A DNA stretch of 64,000 nucleotides from Candidatus Poribacteria bacterium (GCA_965198175.1 OZ240245.1:2688001-2752000); one strand, 5' to 3'. Shown: positions 31,513 through 45,067, numbered from the stretch's first letter. Numbers and translations: made by a program. Notes: generated by a model from the sequence alone, not told the origin.

Positions 31513-32340
31513 ATGCAATTCATTATGTTCACAAAACATCTAGTAGGTCTAGATATTCTCAACATAATCAAAGCGCTACAATCAATTGGTGTATTAGGAG
31601 CAGATCTTTGCGTTCGCCCCGGTTATCCAGTGAATCCCGAAAATGCCGAGAGACAACTGCCTGTGGCCGCCGAACAATTCAGGAATGAAGGGTTATCAAT
31701 ACCACTTGTGACGGCGCCAACCGGTTTTACGGATCCAGAACAAGCAGACCTCCAGCGCCTATATTCAGCTTGTGCGAAAGCGGGTGTCCCCAATATAAAA
31801 CTTGGCTACTGGAAATGGTCGAAGGATAAAGGAGGGTATTGGGCGATTGTAGACCAAATTCGCAGGCAGCTTGAATGTCTTCAGGAACTTTCTGTGAAAT
31901 ATCGGATCAAGACTTGTATACACAATCACTCTGGATGCATAATGGGACTGAACTCGTCCGCGGTGATGCACCTCGTTAAAGGATTCGATTCTTGCCACGC
32001 AGGAGTTTTCGCTGATACAGGTCATCTCTCAGTCGTCGGTGAACCGATCGATATGGCGCTAGATATCGTTAAAGATTACCTTGCAGTAGTAGCGTTCAAG
32101 GATATGATGCGTCAGCCAGGAATGCGCGAGGGTTGTCGAGTTGTTCGAATGGGGCACGGCTTCGTGGACTGGGAGACAACATTACATACTCTCCTGGAAA
32201 CTCATTTTAGCGGTCCTATCAGTTTCCATAGTGAGTATAGTGGGAGATCGGCAGAAACAGTCATTGACATGGCGCGCAGTGATGTCGAATTTATCAATGC
32301 GCTGCTTGAAAAGATAGGCAAATCGGAGTATGAAACATAA
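31513..32340 (+). CDS. Sugar phosphate isomerase/epimerase (xylose-isomerase-like TIM barrel)
   Basis: DLCVRPG, HNHSG, DTGH, FKD, G.G.VDW and SFHSEY motifs. Confidence 0.85.
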   Translation: MQFIMFTKHLVGLDILNIIKALQSIGVLGADLCVRPGYPVNPENAERQLPVAAEQFRNEGLSIPLVTAPTGFTDPEQADLQRLYSACAKAGVPNIKLGYWKWSKDKGGYWAIVDQIRRQLECLQELSVKYRIKTCIHNHSGCIMGLNSSAVMHLVKGFDSCHAGVFADTGHLSVVGEPIDMALDIVKDYLAVVAFKDMMRQPGMREGCRVVRMGHGFVDWETTLHTLLETHFSGPISFHSEYSGRSAETVIDMARSDVEFINALLEKIGKSEYET

Positions 32341-32779
32341 CGCGCAACTAGACCCGGTTTTGAAAAGAAGGATTCACTGAGAGAATTTACTTTTTGGAAA
32401 TGTAGAGCGTTAAGATTCAAGAAAGAACTAATGATAAAGCGTAAGTGAATAACCGTACAAAAGTATGTTACTTATGTTTCTTACTTTGCAGAACCAACTC
32501 TTATCCTAGGTCGGTAATCACCCGATCTAGTTGGTCGGCGGCAAGTCAGGTTTGTTAAAGCAGTCCTCCGCTTCTACTTATTCAGATTAGTCTTCGTTTT
32601 GGATCGCCACCGTCAGTATAAGTCTAGTGTTGCAGCAGCAATCTGCAGCTATCTATCACTCAGTCAAACAATAATAAAAAGGGTTCCTTAGTTATGGGCT
32701 TGCGGGAAGCCTGTCATAGACTGTATTTGAGCTAGTTTTTATGTCATAAAATATGGCATAATAAAGGCATTGAAAGGGG

Positions 32780-33686
32780 ATGATTACGCTGAATTTAATC
32801 ACGGTAATAAAACGTTTTCCAGACCATGAAAGTTGTGTCAAACATTTGGAAACTGTCCGCTGGGGCGATACTCCCGAATGCCCTTATTGCGAAAGCCAGA
32901 ACGTTGCTCCCGAACGCGAAGGTGGTCGCATTGGCCGATGGAACTGCCATTTGTGTAAATCATCCTTCAATGTCTTAGCCAAAACTATGTTTCAGGGCAC
33001 GAAGGTAGACTTGCAGAAATGGTTCCTTGCTATCTCATTGGTCGCCAACGCTAGAAAGAGCATCTCCAGTTGCCAACTGGCACGAGATTTAGACTTGAAT
33101 CAGAGTACAGCATGGTATATGATACACCGTATACGGGCTGAGATGCGACGAAAGAGCCCTAACCTACTCACACAAGGGTATCATCGAAGCCGATGAAACG
33201 TTTCTAGGCGGTAAACCGCGCCGTCGCAAGGACGATGACGGCAATCTCCCACCACCTAGTCCTCGTGGACGAGGCACAAGGAAAGCAAAGGTACTCGGAG
33301 CAGTGCAACGAGGCGGCGAGGTTGTTGCACAAGTGGTAAACGATCTCGGTGGTAAAGTCATCATGGGTTTCATCAAGAAACATGTCAGGTGCAAAGGCTC
33401 TACGCTTATGACGGACGAATACAAAGGCTACTTGCCTGTGCAGAAAGTCATGAGACATCAAGTCATCAAACATCAGGAGCGCAAATACGTAGACGAAGCC
33501 AATCCTGAAATCCACACGAACACGATTGAGGGGTTCTGGTCACTTCTGAAACGTGCGTGGTACGGCTCACACCACCACTACAAGAAACGATACGCCCCGC
33601 TCTACGTCGCTGAAGCCTGCTGGAAATACAATCATAGGAACAGACGGAACAGTTTCGATCTGTTTATCAGGGGGTGTTTTGCATGA
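32780..33686 (+). pseudogene. IS1595-family transposase, frameshifted
   Basis: Zn ribbon CPYC..CHLC, HTH, then a shift near 33170 into GIIEADETFLGG...MTDEY...HTNTIEGFWSLLKR. Confidence 0.92.
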
Positions 33687-33874
33687 TAAGAGTATCAAGA
33701 GGTCCTCTCGCGTTTGAGGATATTGTTAATGGGAAAAGGGATATTCAAATACTTGATGATGAGGGACAACCAATCCAATCAGAGGATGAGACTAAGACGA
33801 AGCAAAGCGTTGATGCTCAGATCCTGAAAAGACGTGTCCAATCCCATCATCATCAACAAATATCTCAACCCTAA
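33683..33874 (+). CDS. Small hypothetical protein coupled to the transposase stop
   Basis: ATGA overlap with the transposase TGA; 63 aa. Confidence 0.45.
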   Translation: MIRVSRGPLAFEDIVNGKRDIQILDDEGQPIQSEDETKTKQSVDAQILKRRVQSHHHQQISQP

Positions 33875-34085
33875 CAAGTCCATCTTTACCAAATACTGCT
33901 ATTACACCGCCATCACGGGCTGTAAAAATGGATACGCCACTACTATTAGGTGTTTCGTGCAATCTGAACACTGGGCGTCCGTCATCAAGAAATGATAGCG
34001 TGATTTTATTGCCATCATTGTTTGTAACAGTTAGTGTGTCGCATGTAATGTGCCTGAATGTTTCATCTTTGGGTTCTTGTTGCAT
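33792..34085 (-). CDS. Hypothetical beta-rich passenger protein
   Basis: RBS AAGGAGA before ATG 34085; 97 aa. Confidence 0.6.
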   Translation of the reverse strand: MQQEPKDETFRHITCDTLTVTNNDGNKITLSFLDDGRPVFRLHETPNSSGVSIFTARDGGVIAVFGKDGLVRVEIFVDDDGIGHVFSGSEHQRFASS

Positions 34086-34108
34086 TATAATCTCCTTGTG
34101 CAAGAAGG

Positions 34109-34357
34109 TTAATCGTCGGATTTGGGGGAATTGAATCCCTTTGCAACCCAACGGATTGTTTCGACGATGAGCCACCCGGTAAAACCTATGACACAGAATA
34201 TGCCAAACGGTGCGATTACGAGGGTGGCGAAGAAGGCTTCAATTGGGTTCTCGGAATTGACCGATGCGATACAGGCAGCAATAAACCCAGCAACAATGGA
34301 CACAACTATCAGCCCTCGGGATAGCCCTTCGCGCCAATTGGGGGGCTTGAACATCAT
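34109..34357 (-). CDS. Small 2-TM passenger protein
   Basis: RBS GGAGG; NWREGLSR followed by two hydrophobic helices. Confidence 0.65.
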   Translation of the reverse strand: MMFKPPNWREGLSRGLIVVSIVAGFIAACIASVNSENPIEAFFATLVIAPFGIFCVIGFTGWLIVETIRWVAKGFNSPKSDD

Positions 34358-34578
34358 GGTGTGTCCTCCGTGGCTTTGGATTTGGCGATAAACCAACGAA
34401 TTGACAAGAGAACCCCTGCACACATCGCGGAACCTATAAGGTAGAACGCGAAAATGGGAATACCGACTATTAGACCAGCGCCCCAACTTAGTCCACCGCA
34501 CCAACGTAGCACAGAGCGCTTAGTGAATATCCATATGGTGAGCGACGGAAGAATAATCGCCATGGCGGGATGATCCAT
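34354..34578 (-). CDS. Small membrane passenger protein
   Basis: RBS AAGGAGG, hydrophobic, with an ATGA overlap to the next gene. Confidence 0.55.
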   Translation of the reverse strand: MDHPAMAIILPSLTIWIFTKRSVLRWCGGLSWGAGLIVGIPIFAFYLIGSAMCAGVLLSIRWFIAKSKATEDTP

Positions 34579-34860
34579 GCTAGATTCCTCCTTCCGCGCC
34601 TATCAGATCAACAATGTTTGACATTTCATCTCCTATAATTGGTGGGACATTACACTCAGGTCGGCAAGGGGTGTTCCGGGCTCTGGGCGAAGCCTTTTTG
34701 CCCCTTACCCCACCTGAGCGCGTTGTCCCATAAGTAATCATCTGGGCTTAACTACTAAGCCCAGCATTGATGAGAAATGATCGCCTATAGGAGGGCAAAT
34801 GTCAAGAACAAACTTTAATGTGCTGATATTATACACTTGTATACTTCACATATGCAGCCC

Positions 34861-35664
34861 AAAACGGATAATTGCGAATAGAGCAAGACAATTGGTTAAT
34901 CGCGTCCAAACGAAACTTTTAGAAGAAGAACTTGAAGGTTTGTTCCGGACAAGATGGTCTCCCCTTACAACCTTGTTCTCCGGGGGCGAAGGACGGAGGC
35001 GTCTGTACGGAATCGTCAGAGACTTGGCAACAACTGACACAGCCAATGCGCATGCACAGCCCGCTCAATAATTGCTATCGATCTATCGGAACGTGGTAAT
35101 CGACAATTTTGGACAGAGAATCTCCAGAAGCGATCGATTAAAAAACTGCTCGATTCTTTGGTAACGTATGCGTCTAGAGAGCTTGGACTACATGAAAGTG
35201 CTAATGTACTCGTCATGTTAGATGAGGCAGCACGTTTGGCTCCATCTGGCAGACTAGACAGTGGTAGCGAAGCCGAACAGTTAAGAAGCACTTTGCGACG
35301 TGCGGTTCGTGAGACACGCAAATACGGTATTGGATGGTTCTTTATTAGTCAGACACATGGTGGAATAGACGACGATATACTTAAACAACTTCGAAGTCTC
35401 TTTTTTGGTTTTGGTTTAGCATTAGGTGACGAATTCAGAAAACTGGGAGAGTTTGCAGGAGGTGACCGGCGGTCCATGGAATGGTACCAGTCTTTCAGAG
35501 ATCCTCACAGCGAGCCGAGACCCGAACTTCGTAAATTCCCATTTATGGCTGTTGGTCCAGTATCACCGCTTACATTTAGCGGCCGACCAATTTTCTTCTC
35601 AGCTTTTACAGATCCAAACGAGTACCTAGAAGCAAATCAAATTGCAGTCCCTGATGGAACTTAA
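34861..35664 (+). pseudogene. C-terminal remnant of a HerA/FtsK-superfamily (DUF87-like) ATPase
   Basis: Walker B VMLDEA and RETRKYGIGWFFISQ. Walker A and the start are missing, and there is a frameshift near 35067. Confidence 0.75.
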
Positions 35665-35765
35665 TCGGGATAGTTTTCAGTATAGACCACCTGAATAAAC
35701 TGGTCAATTGATTGATTCAAAGGGAATAGAACGAATTAATAGACCGAGAGGCATTCAGTGATTCA

Positions 35766-36359
35766 GTGAATATTCCAAGCATCGTCACAACCGGTGATGA
35801 ATCGCAAGTTGAAAACTCTTGGCAGGGAGGGGGAACGTATAACCTGCGGATCTGCTTCAAAATGGACACCGCATTAGGATTCGGACGATTCAAGACAGGG
35901 AAGCTGATTTCACTGCCCGCTGTGCATACGCCTATGTCGGCTCCGCACTCACCGCGAAAGGCGCAACCACGCTGACGCGGCGGCTCAGTCGGGGCGCAAC
36001 GGGAAGCGGCGATCAACGACCACACCGTATCCGAGAGGAGATGCGCTGCCGATTTGCTCAATGCGGTTTGGAAAACGGGAATCTATTAACGAGGCAAAAC
36101 CTTCCACTGGAACGTAGATTTCCTCTTGGACTTGCCTTCGGCGGAGCTTGTGAGTCTCTTCGCAATCCGCTCACGTGAGCGATTGGAAGATGGAATCGCC
36201 AAACAGTTGCAGGAGGATCCACATGCGGGGGTTATCGAACGCGGCTTAGGTGCGAACGATGTGCCGGGCAATACCCACCTATTGCACGTCAGTGCAGCGG
36301 AAGCGCGGTGGGCATCACTCCCGGTTCAGCTTGCTAGCATGGCTGAAGGAAGCTCGTAA
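35766..36359 (+). pseudogene. DUF123 / GIY-YIG-like nuclease, fragmented
   Basis: Motifs are spread across frames: GGTYNLRI, YAYVGSAL, KTFHWNVDFLLD, LE..IA..L and GLGAND..G.THL. Confidence 0.7.
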
Positions 36360-36761
36360 CAAGAGCTGCAGACACCAAGCGGGGCAAGATGCCCTGCCTC
36401 ACGGCGGCAATAGCGACCTACGGTTGATTTCATACGCGCTATTTGCAAGAATTTTTTAAAAAGTCCAGCAGGCAGCTTGATGCCGGAGTTACCCATTGCC
36501 GTTGCGCCTTCGAGTTCAAACGGCAAGTATACATGGAGGCTACGCCACATTAGCTTTGGGTAAATTGCTTTGCGGGTTCGCAAATTGTGGAAATTCATGT
36601 CAAAAGAAAGTGCAGAGCAGCTCGGAGCAATCGAGTTTTTTTCTTGAAAACTCGATATCTTTGCACTATATTCTTAACATGAGCGATTGCAGCAACGTTA
36701 GCCGAAATTGTAGTTCTTGATTGTCTTATTAGACTACTCTAACCTTTCACCGTAACCCTAG

Positions 36762-39014
<2,253 letters not shown>

Positions 39015-39028
39015 TATCTACGAAGTAT

Positions 39029-39070
39029 GGGCAGTGGGGGCGCGGAACCCCCACGCTCCCACTGCTCCCC
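39029..39070 (+). terminator. GC-rich hairpin after katG
   Basis: GGGCAGTGGGGGCG...CGCTCCCACTGCTC. Confidence 0.6.
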
Positions 39071-39219
39071 ATTTCGCTTTGAATGGTCGCCGTCGCACAC
39101 ATTTCTTGTTATCCCAAATTCACTTGACCAGTTTGACCGATTATAGCGCGAATGTGCCGCGACGACTTCTCGGTTAGTTGGCAGGACACATCATTGATTC
39201 AGCGATTGTGTTTACAGTT

Positions 39220-39981
39220 TTATACTTCCACAATCAAGCCGTCATAGGCGAGCTCAACATCTTCAGGAAGTATCGAATTTGTCTCATGATGTTCTACATC
39301 GTGGCTCATGTGGACGAAGTAGGTTCGTTTCGATTTAAGCTGTTCCACAATTTTTAATGACTCTGGAATGGTGAAATGAGTGGGATGAGGCGGTGACCAC
39401 CGTAGGGCGTCGAGCACTAAAAGGTCTAGACCTCGCATCAGTTCCATTGACTCGGGCGGAATATGGTTGCAATCTGTTGCATACGCGAAATCTCCAATCC
39501 GAAACCCTAGCACCTCCGTCCCACCATGCAGCAGATTAAGTGGAATGACCTCAACGCCAAACAACTGAAATTGTCCCAAAATCTCTACGAGTTCTAGTTG
39601 CGGTATACCGCCGCCGAGATGCTGATATTTAAATGCGTAATCGAAAACAGTGCTGATGCGTTCAAGAGTTTTGGTGCTCCCGTAACACGGGATTGCTGTG
39701 CCTTGCAATGCAGTATATGCGCGCACATCATCAAGCCCGTGCAGATGATCGGCGTGCGTATGTGAGAATAAGATAGCATCGACACGTTTTATGCCGCATT
39801 GGAGGGCTTGGATTCGAAGTTCAGGTGAAGTATCAACAAGGATGTTTTTATCGTCAAGCGTAATGACGATGGAAGGGCGAGTTCGCTGATTCTTGGATTC
39901 TTTCGAGGTGCATACGTGACAACGGCAAGCAATCACCGGCACACCGTGCGACGTGCCGGTCCCTAGAAACGTAATCTTCAT
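39220..39981 (-). CDS. PhnP-like metallo-beta-lactamase phosphodiesterase
   Basis: LGTGTSHGVP...C.C..C, HTHADHLHGLDD, YATD, HPTHF and AYDG motifs. Confidence 0.9.
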   Translation of the reverse strand: MKITFLGTGTSHGVPVIACRCHVCTSKESKNQRTRPSIVITLDDKNILVDTSPELRIQALQCGIKRVDAILFSHTHADHLHGLDDVRAYTALQGTAIPCYGSTKTLERISTVFDYAFKYQHLGGGIPQLELVEILGQFQLFGVEVIPLNLLHGGTEVLGFRIGDFAYATDCNHIPPESMELMRGLDLLVLDALRWSPPHPTHFTIPESLKIVEQLKSKRTYFVHMSHDVEHHETNSILPEDVELAYDGLIVEV

Positions 39982-40163
39982 CAACGCTCCTGCAACCTTT
40001 TCTTCCTTGGAAAAACCATCCCGCATTCTGGGCAGTCAGAGGTATATGAGCGAATCGTAAAGCCACATTTTGGGCAAATTCGTTTGGTCTGATAGCGAGA
40101 AACTAAAACAACACCTAGAAAAATGATGAGTAAAATCGTGACTTCCCAGAACCCAATGGACAT
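39981..40163 (-). CDS. Small membrane-anchored zinc-ribbon protein
   Basis: TM helix then CPKC-x10-CPEC. The stop overlaps the next start (TGATG). Confidence 0.7.
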   Translation of the reverse strand: MSIGFWEVTILLIIFLGVVLVSRYQTKRICPKCGFTIRSYTSDCPECGMVFPRKKRLQER

Positions 40164-40174
40164 TTTCAACCCTC

Positions 40175-41017
40175 TCAACCTGCTTGTAACTTCCTCAACA
40201 CTGCAAGATTGGTTGCGTGCATCTCTTTCATCTTCGGCGTTTCGATAATCGCCGGCACGTTCTCAAATCGAGAGTCGGTCACGAGACGTTGAAAAGGAGG
40301 AATTCCGAGATTTCCCTCGCCGATGTGATCATGGCGATCCACACGACTGTTATACGCCGATTTGGCGTCGTTGAGGTGGAATGCAATCAATCGATCCAAG
40401 CCGATAATCTGGTCAAAGTGCTCAAAAGTTTGGTTATAGTCCGCTTCCGTGCACAAGTTGTAGCCTGCTGCAAAAACGTGACACGTATCGAAGCAGACTC
40501 CTATCCTATCGGGATATTTCGACATGTCGATAATCTGTCGTAAATGCTCAAAACAGTAACCTAGATTCGTTCCTTGTCCCGCTGTCGTTTCCAACAAGAT
40601 TACCACATCCCCGTCTGCCACTTGTTCAAGCACTAGATTGAGACTATGGCTTAACACCGCCAATCCTTCAGCTTCACCCGATCCGAGATGCGCTCCAAGA
40701 TGCGTTACGATGTAGCGAATATTCAAGCGAACTGCGAGTTGCATTTGAAAAAGGAACTGCTCGCGCGAGTTTTCAAGCACGTCATTCTTGGGAGAAGCGA
40801 GATTGGTGAGATGAATGTCGTGAATTAGCAACTCTCGGATGGAAGATTCACACCGGCGTTCGATGAACAGGTCTATTTCAGCTTCGGTTGGTGTTTTGCC
40901 AGCCCATTGGTTCGGATTCTTAAGAAAGATCTGGATAGCATCGCACCCCAAGTCCTCTCCATTAGAAATCGCATTGTGTAAACCACCGGCGGTGGAAACG
41001 TGTGCACCAAGCATCAT
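40175..41017 (-). CDS. nfo: Endonuclease IV
   Basis: GAHVSTAGG, LLETTAGQG, CFDTCH.FAAGY, HLND and DRH..IGEG motifs. Confidence 0.95.
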   Translation of the reverse strand: MMLGAHVSTAGGLHNAISNGEDLGCDAIQIFLKNPNQWAGKTPTEAEIDLFIERRCESSIRELLIHDIHLTNLASPKNDVLENSREQFLFQMQLAVRLNIRYIVTHLGAHLGSGEAEGLAVLSHSLNLVLEQVADGDVVILLETTAGQGTNLGYCFEHLRQIIDMSKYPDRIGVCFDTCHVFAAGYNLCTEADYNQTFEHFDQIIGLDRLIAFHLNDAKSAYNSRVDRHDHIGEGNLGIPPFQRLVTDSRFENVPAIIETPKMKEMHATNLAVLRKLQAG

Positions 41018-41378
41018 GATGTTAAACTTAGCCTCCCAAGCATTCAAAATTGGTATCTTCAATTAAGGTATATTTGGCAAGTGGACGAAGGTGTTGAAAT
41101 TATTATCATTATCATGCCACGTGAAGATTTATTTTTCAAATGAATTACTTGATGATGATGTAAAGGTATTCGACCTTTAGTCTGCAAAGCACCGGAAATC
41201 CTGGATTCACGATAACATCTAATCAAAGATTGGCAGCAATACCGGAGACTCTCATGGCAAACTAAAGTGCCATTGCGCCAGTTTACTTGTTTTTTGCACC
41301 CCAGTCAACAAAAATCCTTTGGTTCTTGTGTTTTTTTTCAAAAACCTTCATAAACCCGTGTCATTACTGTATTTTTAC

Positions 41379-41407
41379 TTGACAGATTCATACATGCACA
41401 GTATAAT
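41379..41407 (+). promoter_or_regulatory. Consensus sigma70 promoter of HU
   Basis: TTGACA-N17-TATAAT. Confidence 0.85.
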
Positions 41408-41473
41408 TGGGCGAAATCCAGTCATACAGCGAACTCGAAACGTTTTAACTCAAATTACTTAGGAGAATGTAAC

Positions 41474-41755
41474 ATGGCTAGACTAACAAAGCAAGACGTA
41501 GTGAACAGCGTTGCTGATGCTACAGGATTGAGCAAAAAAGATGTGAATACAGCGATTGATGCGGTCGTTGGAAGTATCCAAGACGCGCTATCTAGCGGAG
41601 ATTCCGTCGGGCTGATTGGCTTTGGCACTTTTGAAGTCGCTACTAGAGCAGCCCGCGAAGGTCGCAATCCTCAAACAAACGACAAAATTAGCATTCCATC
41701 AAAGAAGGTTCCACGTTTTAAGCCTGGAAAAGGGCTTCGGGAAGCTTGTTCGTAG
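41474..41755 (+). CDS. hup: HU family DNA-binding protein
   Basis: GFGTF, R.GRNPQT and P.FKPGK.L motifs. Confidence 0.96.
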   Translation: MARLTKQDVVNSVADATGLSKKDVNTAIDAVVGSIQDALSSGDSVGLIGFGTFEVATRAAREGRNPQTNDKISIPSKKVPRFKPGKGLREACS

Positions 41756-42364
41756 GTTGACTCAAGCTGCTGCCTATCGACATATCGGGGTATTTTGAAC
41801 GTTTATTGCTGCTCTGCAAATGTTACAAATTGGTATCTTATGCAAAATAGTTCTACTCCAAGGTGTTGGTTCGCACACTCTGTTAGGTGACAACTTGGGT
41901 TAGTCATTAAAGTTGGCAGCAGTCACAATAGACCTTCGAATTTTGTTCAGAAGCCTACTGAAATTGCATTGTGGGGTCATGGTGATTGTTGCCTACATTA
42001 TCATTTCCTCATTTAACACTTCCATCCAATTTTTCACGTCAAGTAAACCTTTCGAAATTTTTTATCCTCGCATTATCAAGGCTCGCCAGAAATTTATTTT
42101 AACAGAGGAGACTTGCAATCCTAATCAGGTTAGGCGGTCCTTCATTTTGATTTGGTAGTGGTTGAACCGAATAGCACTGTTCATAAAGGAATCGGTGAGT
42201 GAAGTAAAATCCTATCTACAGACGCTGAATCTTGCATTGAGAATCCTAATACGTTGTTACAAAACGAACGGTGCGTTAAATCTATAGCTATAGTCCCGCT
42301 CTAAAAAAAGAAATAGATTGACGAGACGAGAAATGGGTGCCGATCTCACCAATTAAGGCACTTA

Positions 42365-43402
42365 ATGGAGCACAGATATTTGAATACCTCTAACTCTCTG
42401 AAAGTGTCAGATGAGGATTTAAAAGCAGCAGAATTCTTGAGAAAGGCGCGAGAGTCCATTCTGAATGAATTCAAGAAACGGATTGTCGGTCAGGAAGGGG
42501 TGATTGATGAGTTATTAATGGCGCTTTTTTCGCAGGGGCACTGTTTACTAGTTGGGGTACCTGGGCTCGCAAAGACACTTCTTATTAGCAGCCTCGCCGA
42601 AATTTTAGATCTCCAATTTAATCGCATTCAATTCACACCGGATCTCATGCCTTCCGACATCATTGGAACAGACATCATCCAGGAAGATACTGAAAGAGGG
42701 AGTCGGTTTTTCCGATTTATTAAAGGTCCGGTTTTTTCGAACATCCTGCTTGCAGACGAGATTAACCGTACTCCGCCTAAAACGCAAGCCGCACTGTTGC
42801 AGTCGATGCAGGAATATAAAGTTTCAGCAGGTGGGGTGACTTATCCGCTGGACTTGCCCTTTTTCGTACTTGCAACCCAGAACCCGATTGAACAAGAGGG
42901 AACCTATCCGCTGCCGGAGGCACAGTTGGATCGGTTTATGTTCAATATCTACGTTGACTACCCTGATGCTGCCTCTGAAAAACAGATTGTTATGACAACA
43001 ACTTCCGCCTATGACCCGACGTTGGCGCCGGTCATCACCGGCGAAGACATTCTTCGGCTGCAAAAGATTGTGCGAAAGGTGCCAATCGCAGAATCTGTTG
43101 TTGATTACGCCGTTGCATTGAGTCGTGGTTCACGTCCCAATAATCCCGAGGCGCCCGATTTCATAAAGGATTGGGTGAATTGGGGTTCAGGACCGAGAGC
43201 ATCCCAATATCTCGTATTAGGCGCGAAAGCGCGGGCAATCATGCACGGTCGTTATCATGTCTCTCATGACGATATAAAAGCCGTTGCCAAACCGGTGTTG
43301 CGACACCGAATCCTAACAAATTTCAATGCCGAAGCTGACGGAACCACAAGTCTTGATATCATCGATCGATTGCTAGAAATTATTAAGCCGGCAGCGTTCT
43401 AG
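42365..43402 (+). CDS. MoxR family AAA+ ATPase
   Basis: GVPGLAKT, RIQFTPDLMPSD, LADEINR and EGTYPLPEAQLDRF motifs. Confidence 0.95.
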   Translation: MEHRYLNTSNSLKVSDEDLKAAEFLRKARESILNEFKKRIVGQEGVIDELLMALFSQGHCLLVGVPGLAKTLLISSLAEILDLQFNRIQFTPDLMPSDIIGTDIIQEDTERGSRFFRFIKGPVFSNILLADEINRTPPKTQAALLQSMQEYKVSAGGVTYPLDLPFFVLATQNPIEQEGTYPLPEAQLDRFMFNIYVDYPDAASEKQIVMTTTSAYDPTLAPVITGEDILRLQKIVRKVPIAESVVDYAVALSRGSRPNNPEAPDFIKDWVNWGSGPRASQYLVLGAKARAIMHGRYHVSHDDIKAVAKPVLRHRILTNFNAEADGTTSLDIIDRLLEIIKPAAF

Positions 43403-43663
43403 GCTTTTTAGTACACAACAACAAAATTGGTGGGTGAGAATGTCGGTTTAACATTGAGGTTTTTCCTCTTAAAAGCCTCCACATTCATGCGTCAGGCTCG
43501 TCCATCACAAAGAGAAGTAGCCGAGGAGACTGGGAAAATTAACCCCTTAACGCACCCCGTGGTGCGGTGTCCTATAGAACGTGATTAGCTAGTCGAATGA
43601 TAAACGACTGTGAATCATCAGGCAATCGACTCCCAGCGATTTACTAACACAAGCCATAATCAT

Positions 43664-45067
43664 ATGAAACAGCAATCACAAACCGCAATGCCAAACATCC
43701 TCAAGGAAATTCAGGGCGGCAAGGTTTGCCCAGTCTATCTGCTGTGCGGAGAGGAAAGTTTCCTAATTGAGAACACCCTCAAGCAAATGCTCGACTGCCT
43801 CTTAGAACCAACAACTCGTGATTTCAATCTAAATCTCCTTGATGGGCTTGAGGCATCCGCTCGGGATATTTTGAGTGCGGTGGAGGTCTACCCCGTAATG
43901 TCGGATTGGCGCGTCGTCGTCGTGCGCGAAGCAACCGTTTTCAAAACACAGAAGGGGCCGTCCCAACTGGATTTGCTACGAAACGCCATTGAAGCCTTCC
44001 ACCTGCATCCACATAAGGGAATTGCATTGATAACCAAGGCTCTGGACGTTTCAGCACAGGAAATCGCCAATCGAAGCAGCGATTTCGACAGCGCGATGAA
44101 TCATTTCACCGAACGAAACAGGGATAGCTTGAGCCCAGAAGACCTCGAATTTCTCCAGAGTTTACCGCAAGTTGCTACGCAGATTGATGAGTTGGAATAC
44201 ATACCAGAACCCACTAATGATGCTGAGTTGCTAATCGAATGGCTCGAAGGCGAATTGCCAAAATTTAGCGTTTTGATTTTTATCTTCAACGGTAGCGTTG
44301 ATGCGCGGAGCCGGCTAGTCAAGGCAATTAATCGCGTCGGTAGATATGTTTCATTTGCACCATTGGAATTGGGACAATCACTACGGAACGATAAACTGTT
44401 TCAAGACGTTTCGAGAAGGATCGAAGGATTTGGGAAGAAGATAACTCCCGGCGCTTTTAGCCTCCTGCGAAAGCGGACAGGTAACAATATGCGTTTAATT
44501 TTCGAGGAACTTGATAAGCTCCTCGCCTTTGTTGGAGAGAAAACACATATCGACGAAAGGGATATCCAAACCCTTGTGGCTCACAGCAGCTTTGATGGTA
44601 TCTTCGCCCTCACAGATGCGATTGGAAAAAGATCGACTAGCCAAGCATTATCCAGCCTCCACAGTGTATTGGACAGCGGTGAACCGCCGATTAAGGTGAA
44701 CGCATTGATTGCGCGCCAAATACGGCTCATGCTCCAGGCAAAATTACTCGTTGAGAAGGGGGAGCTGAAGCCAACTGTGGTACGGCTGAGTTATCAAGCT
44801 TTTGTGGATACCGTTTTCAAGCTACTCGCTGACAAATTGTCTAATCTACTTCCTCAGTCCGCACAAATCAACCTCTTCAAACAAAACCCATATGCAGCTT
44901 ATAAAGTGATTCAATCCATTCCCTATTTTGGTGCTGAGGAGCTAGCTCAAGCGTTGGAAAAGACGCTCGATGCGGATACCCAACTCAAAAGCAGCTATTT
45001 AGATCCAGAATCGATATTGGATCAACTAGTATATGAACTTTGCGCCAAATCATCAATCAGAAGATAG
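43664..45067 (+). CDS. holA: DNA polymerase III subunit delta, with an internal insertion
   Basis: PVYLLCGEE, ELDKL, IFALTDAI and D.QLKSS motifs. Confidence 0.85.
   Translation: MKQQSQTAMPNILKEIQGGKVCPVYLLCGEESFLIENTLKQMLDCLLEPTTRDFNLNLLDGLEASARDILSAVEVYPVMSDWRVVVVREATVFKTQKGPSQLDLLRNAIEAFHLHPHKGIALITKALDVSAQEIANRSSDFDSAMNHFTERNRDSLSPEDLEFLQSLPQVATQIDELEYIPEPTNDAELLIEWLEGELPKFSVLIFIFNGSVDARSRLVKAINRVGRYVSFAPLELGQSLRNDKLFQDVSRRIEGFGKKITPGAFSLLRKRTGNNMRLIFEELDKLLAFVGEKTHIDERDIQTLVAHSSFDGIFALTDAIGKRSTSQALSSLHSVLDSGEPPIKVNALIARQIRLMLQAKLLVEKGELKPTVVRLSYQAFVDTVFKLLADKLSNLLPQSAQINLFKQNPYAAYKVIQSIPYFGAEELAQALEKTLDADTQLKSSYLDPESILDQLVYELCAKSSIRR

Larger units (their letters stand above)
32718..34860 (+). 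mobile_element. IS1595-family element with passenger genes (ends tentative)
   Basis: Transposase plus four small ORFs. The right boundary is inferred from where the truncated HerA frame begins; terminal inverted similarity is weak (9/14). Confidence 0.55.

Noticed and set aside
41756..42364. 600-bp intergenic region and 81-aa ORF after HU
   Set aside because: No recognisable RNA motif, repeat or convincing coding signal.
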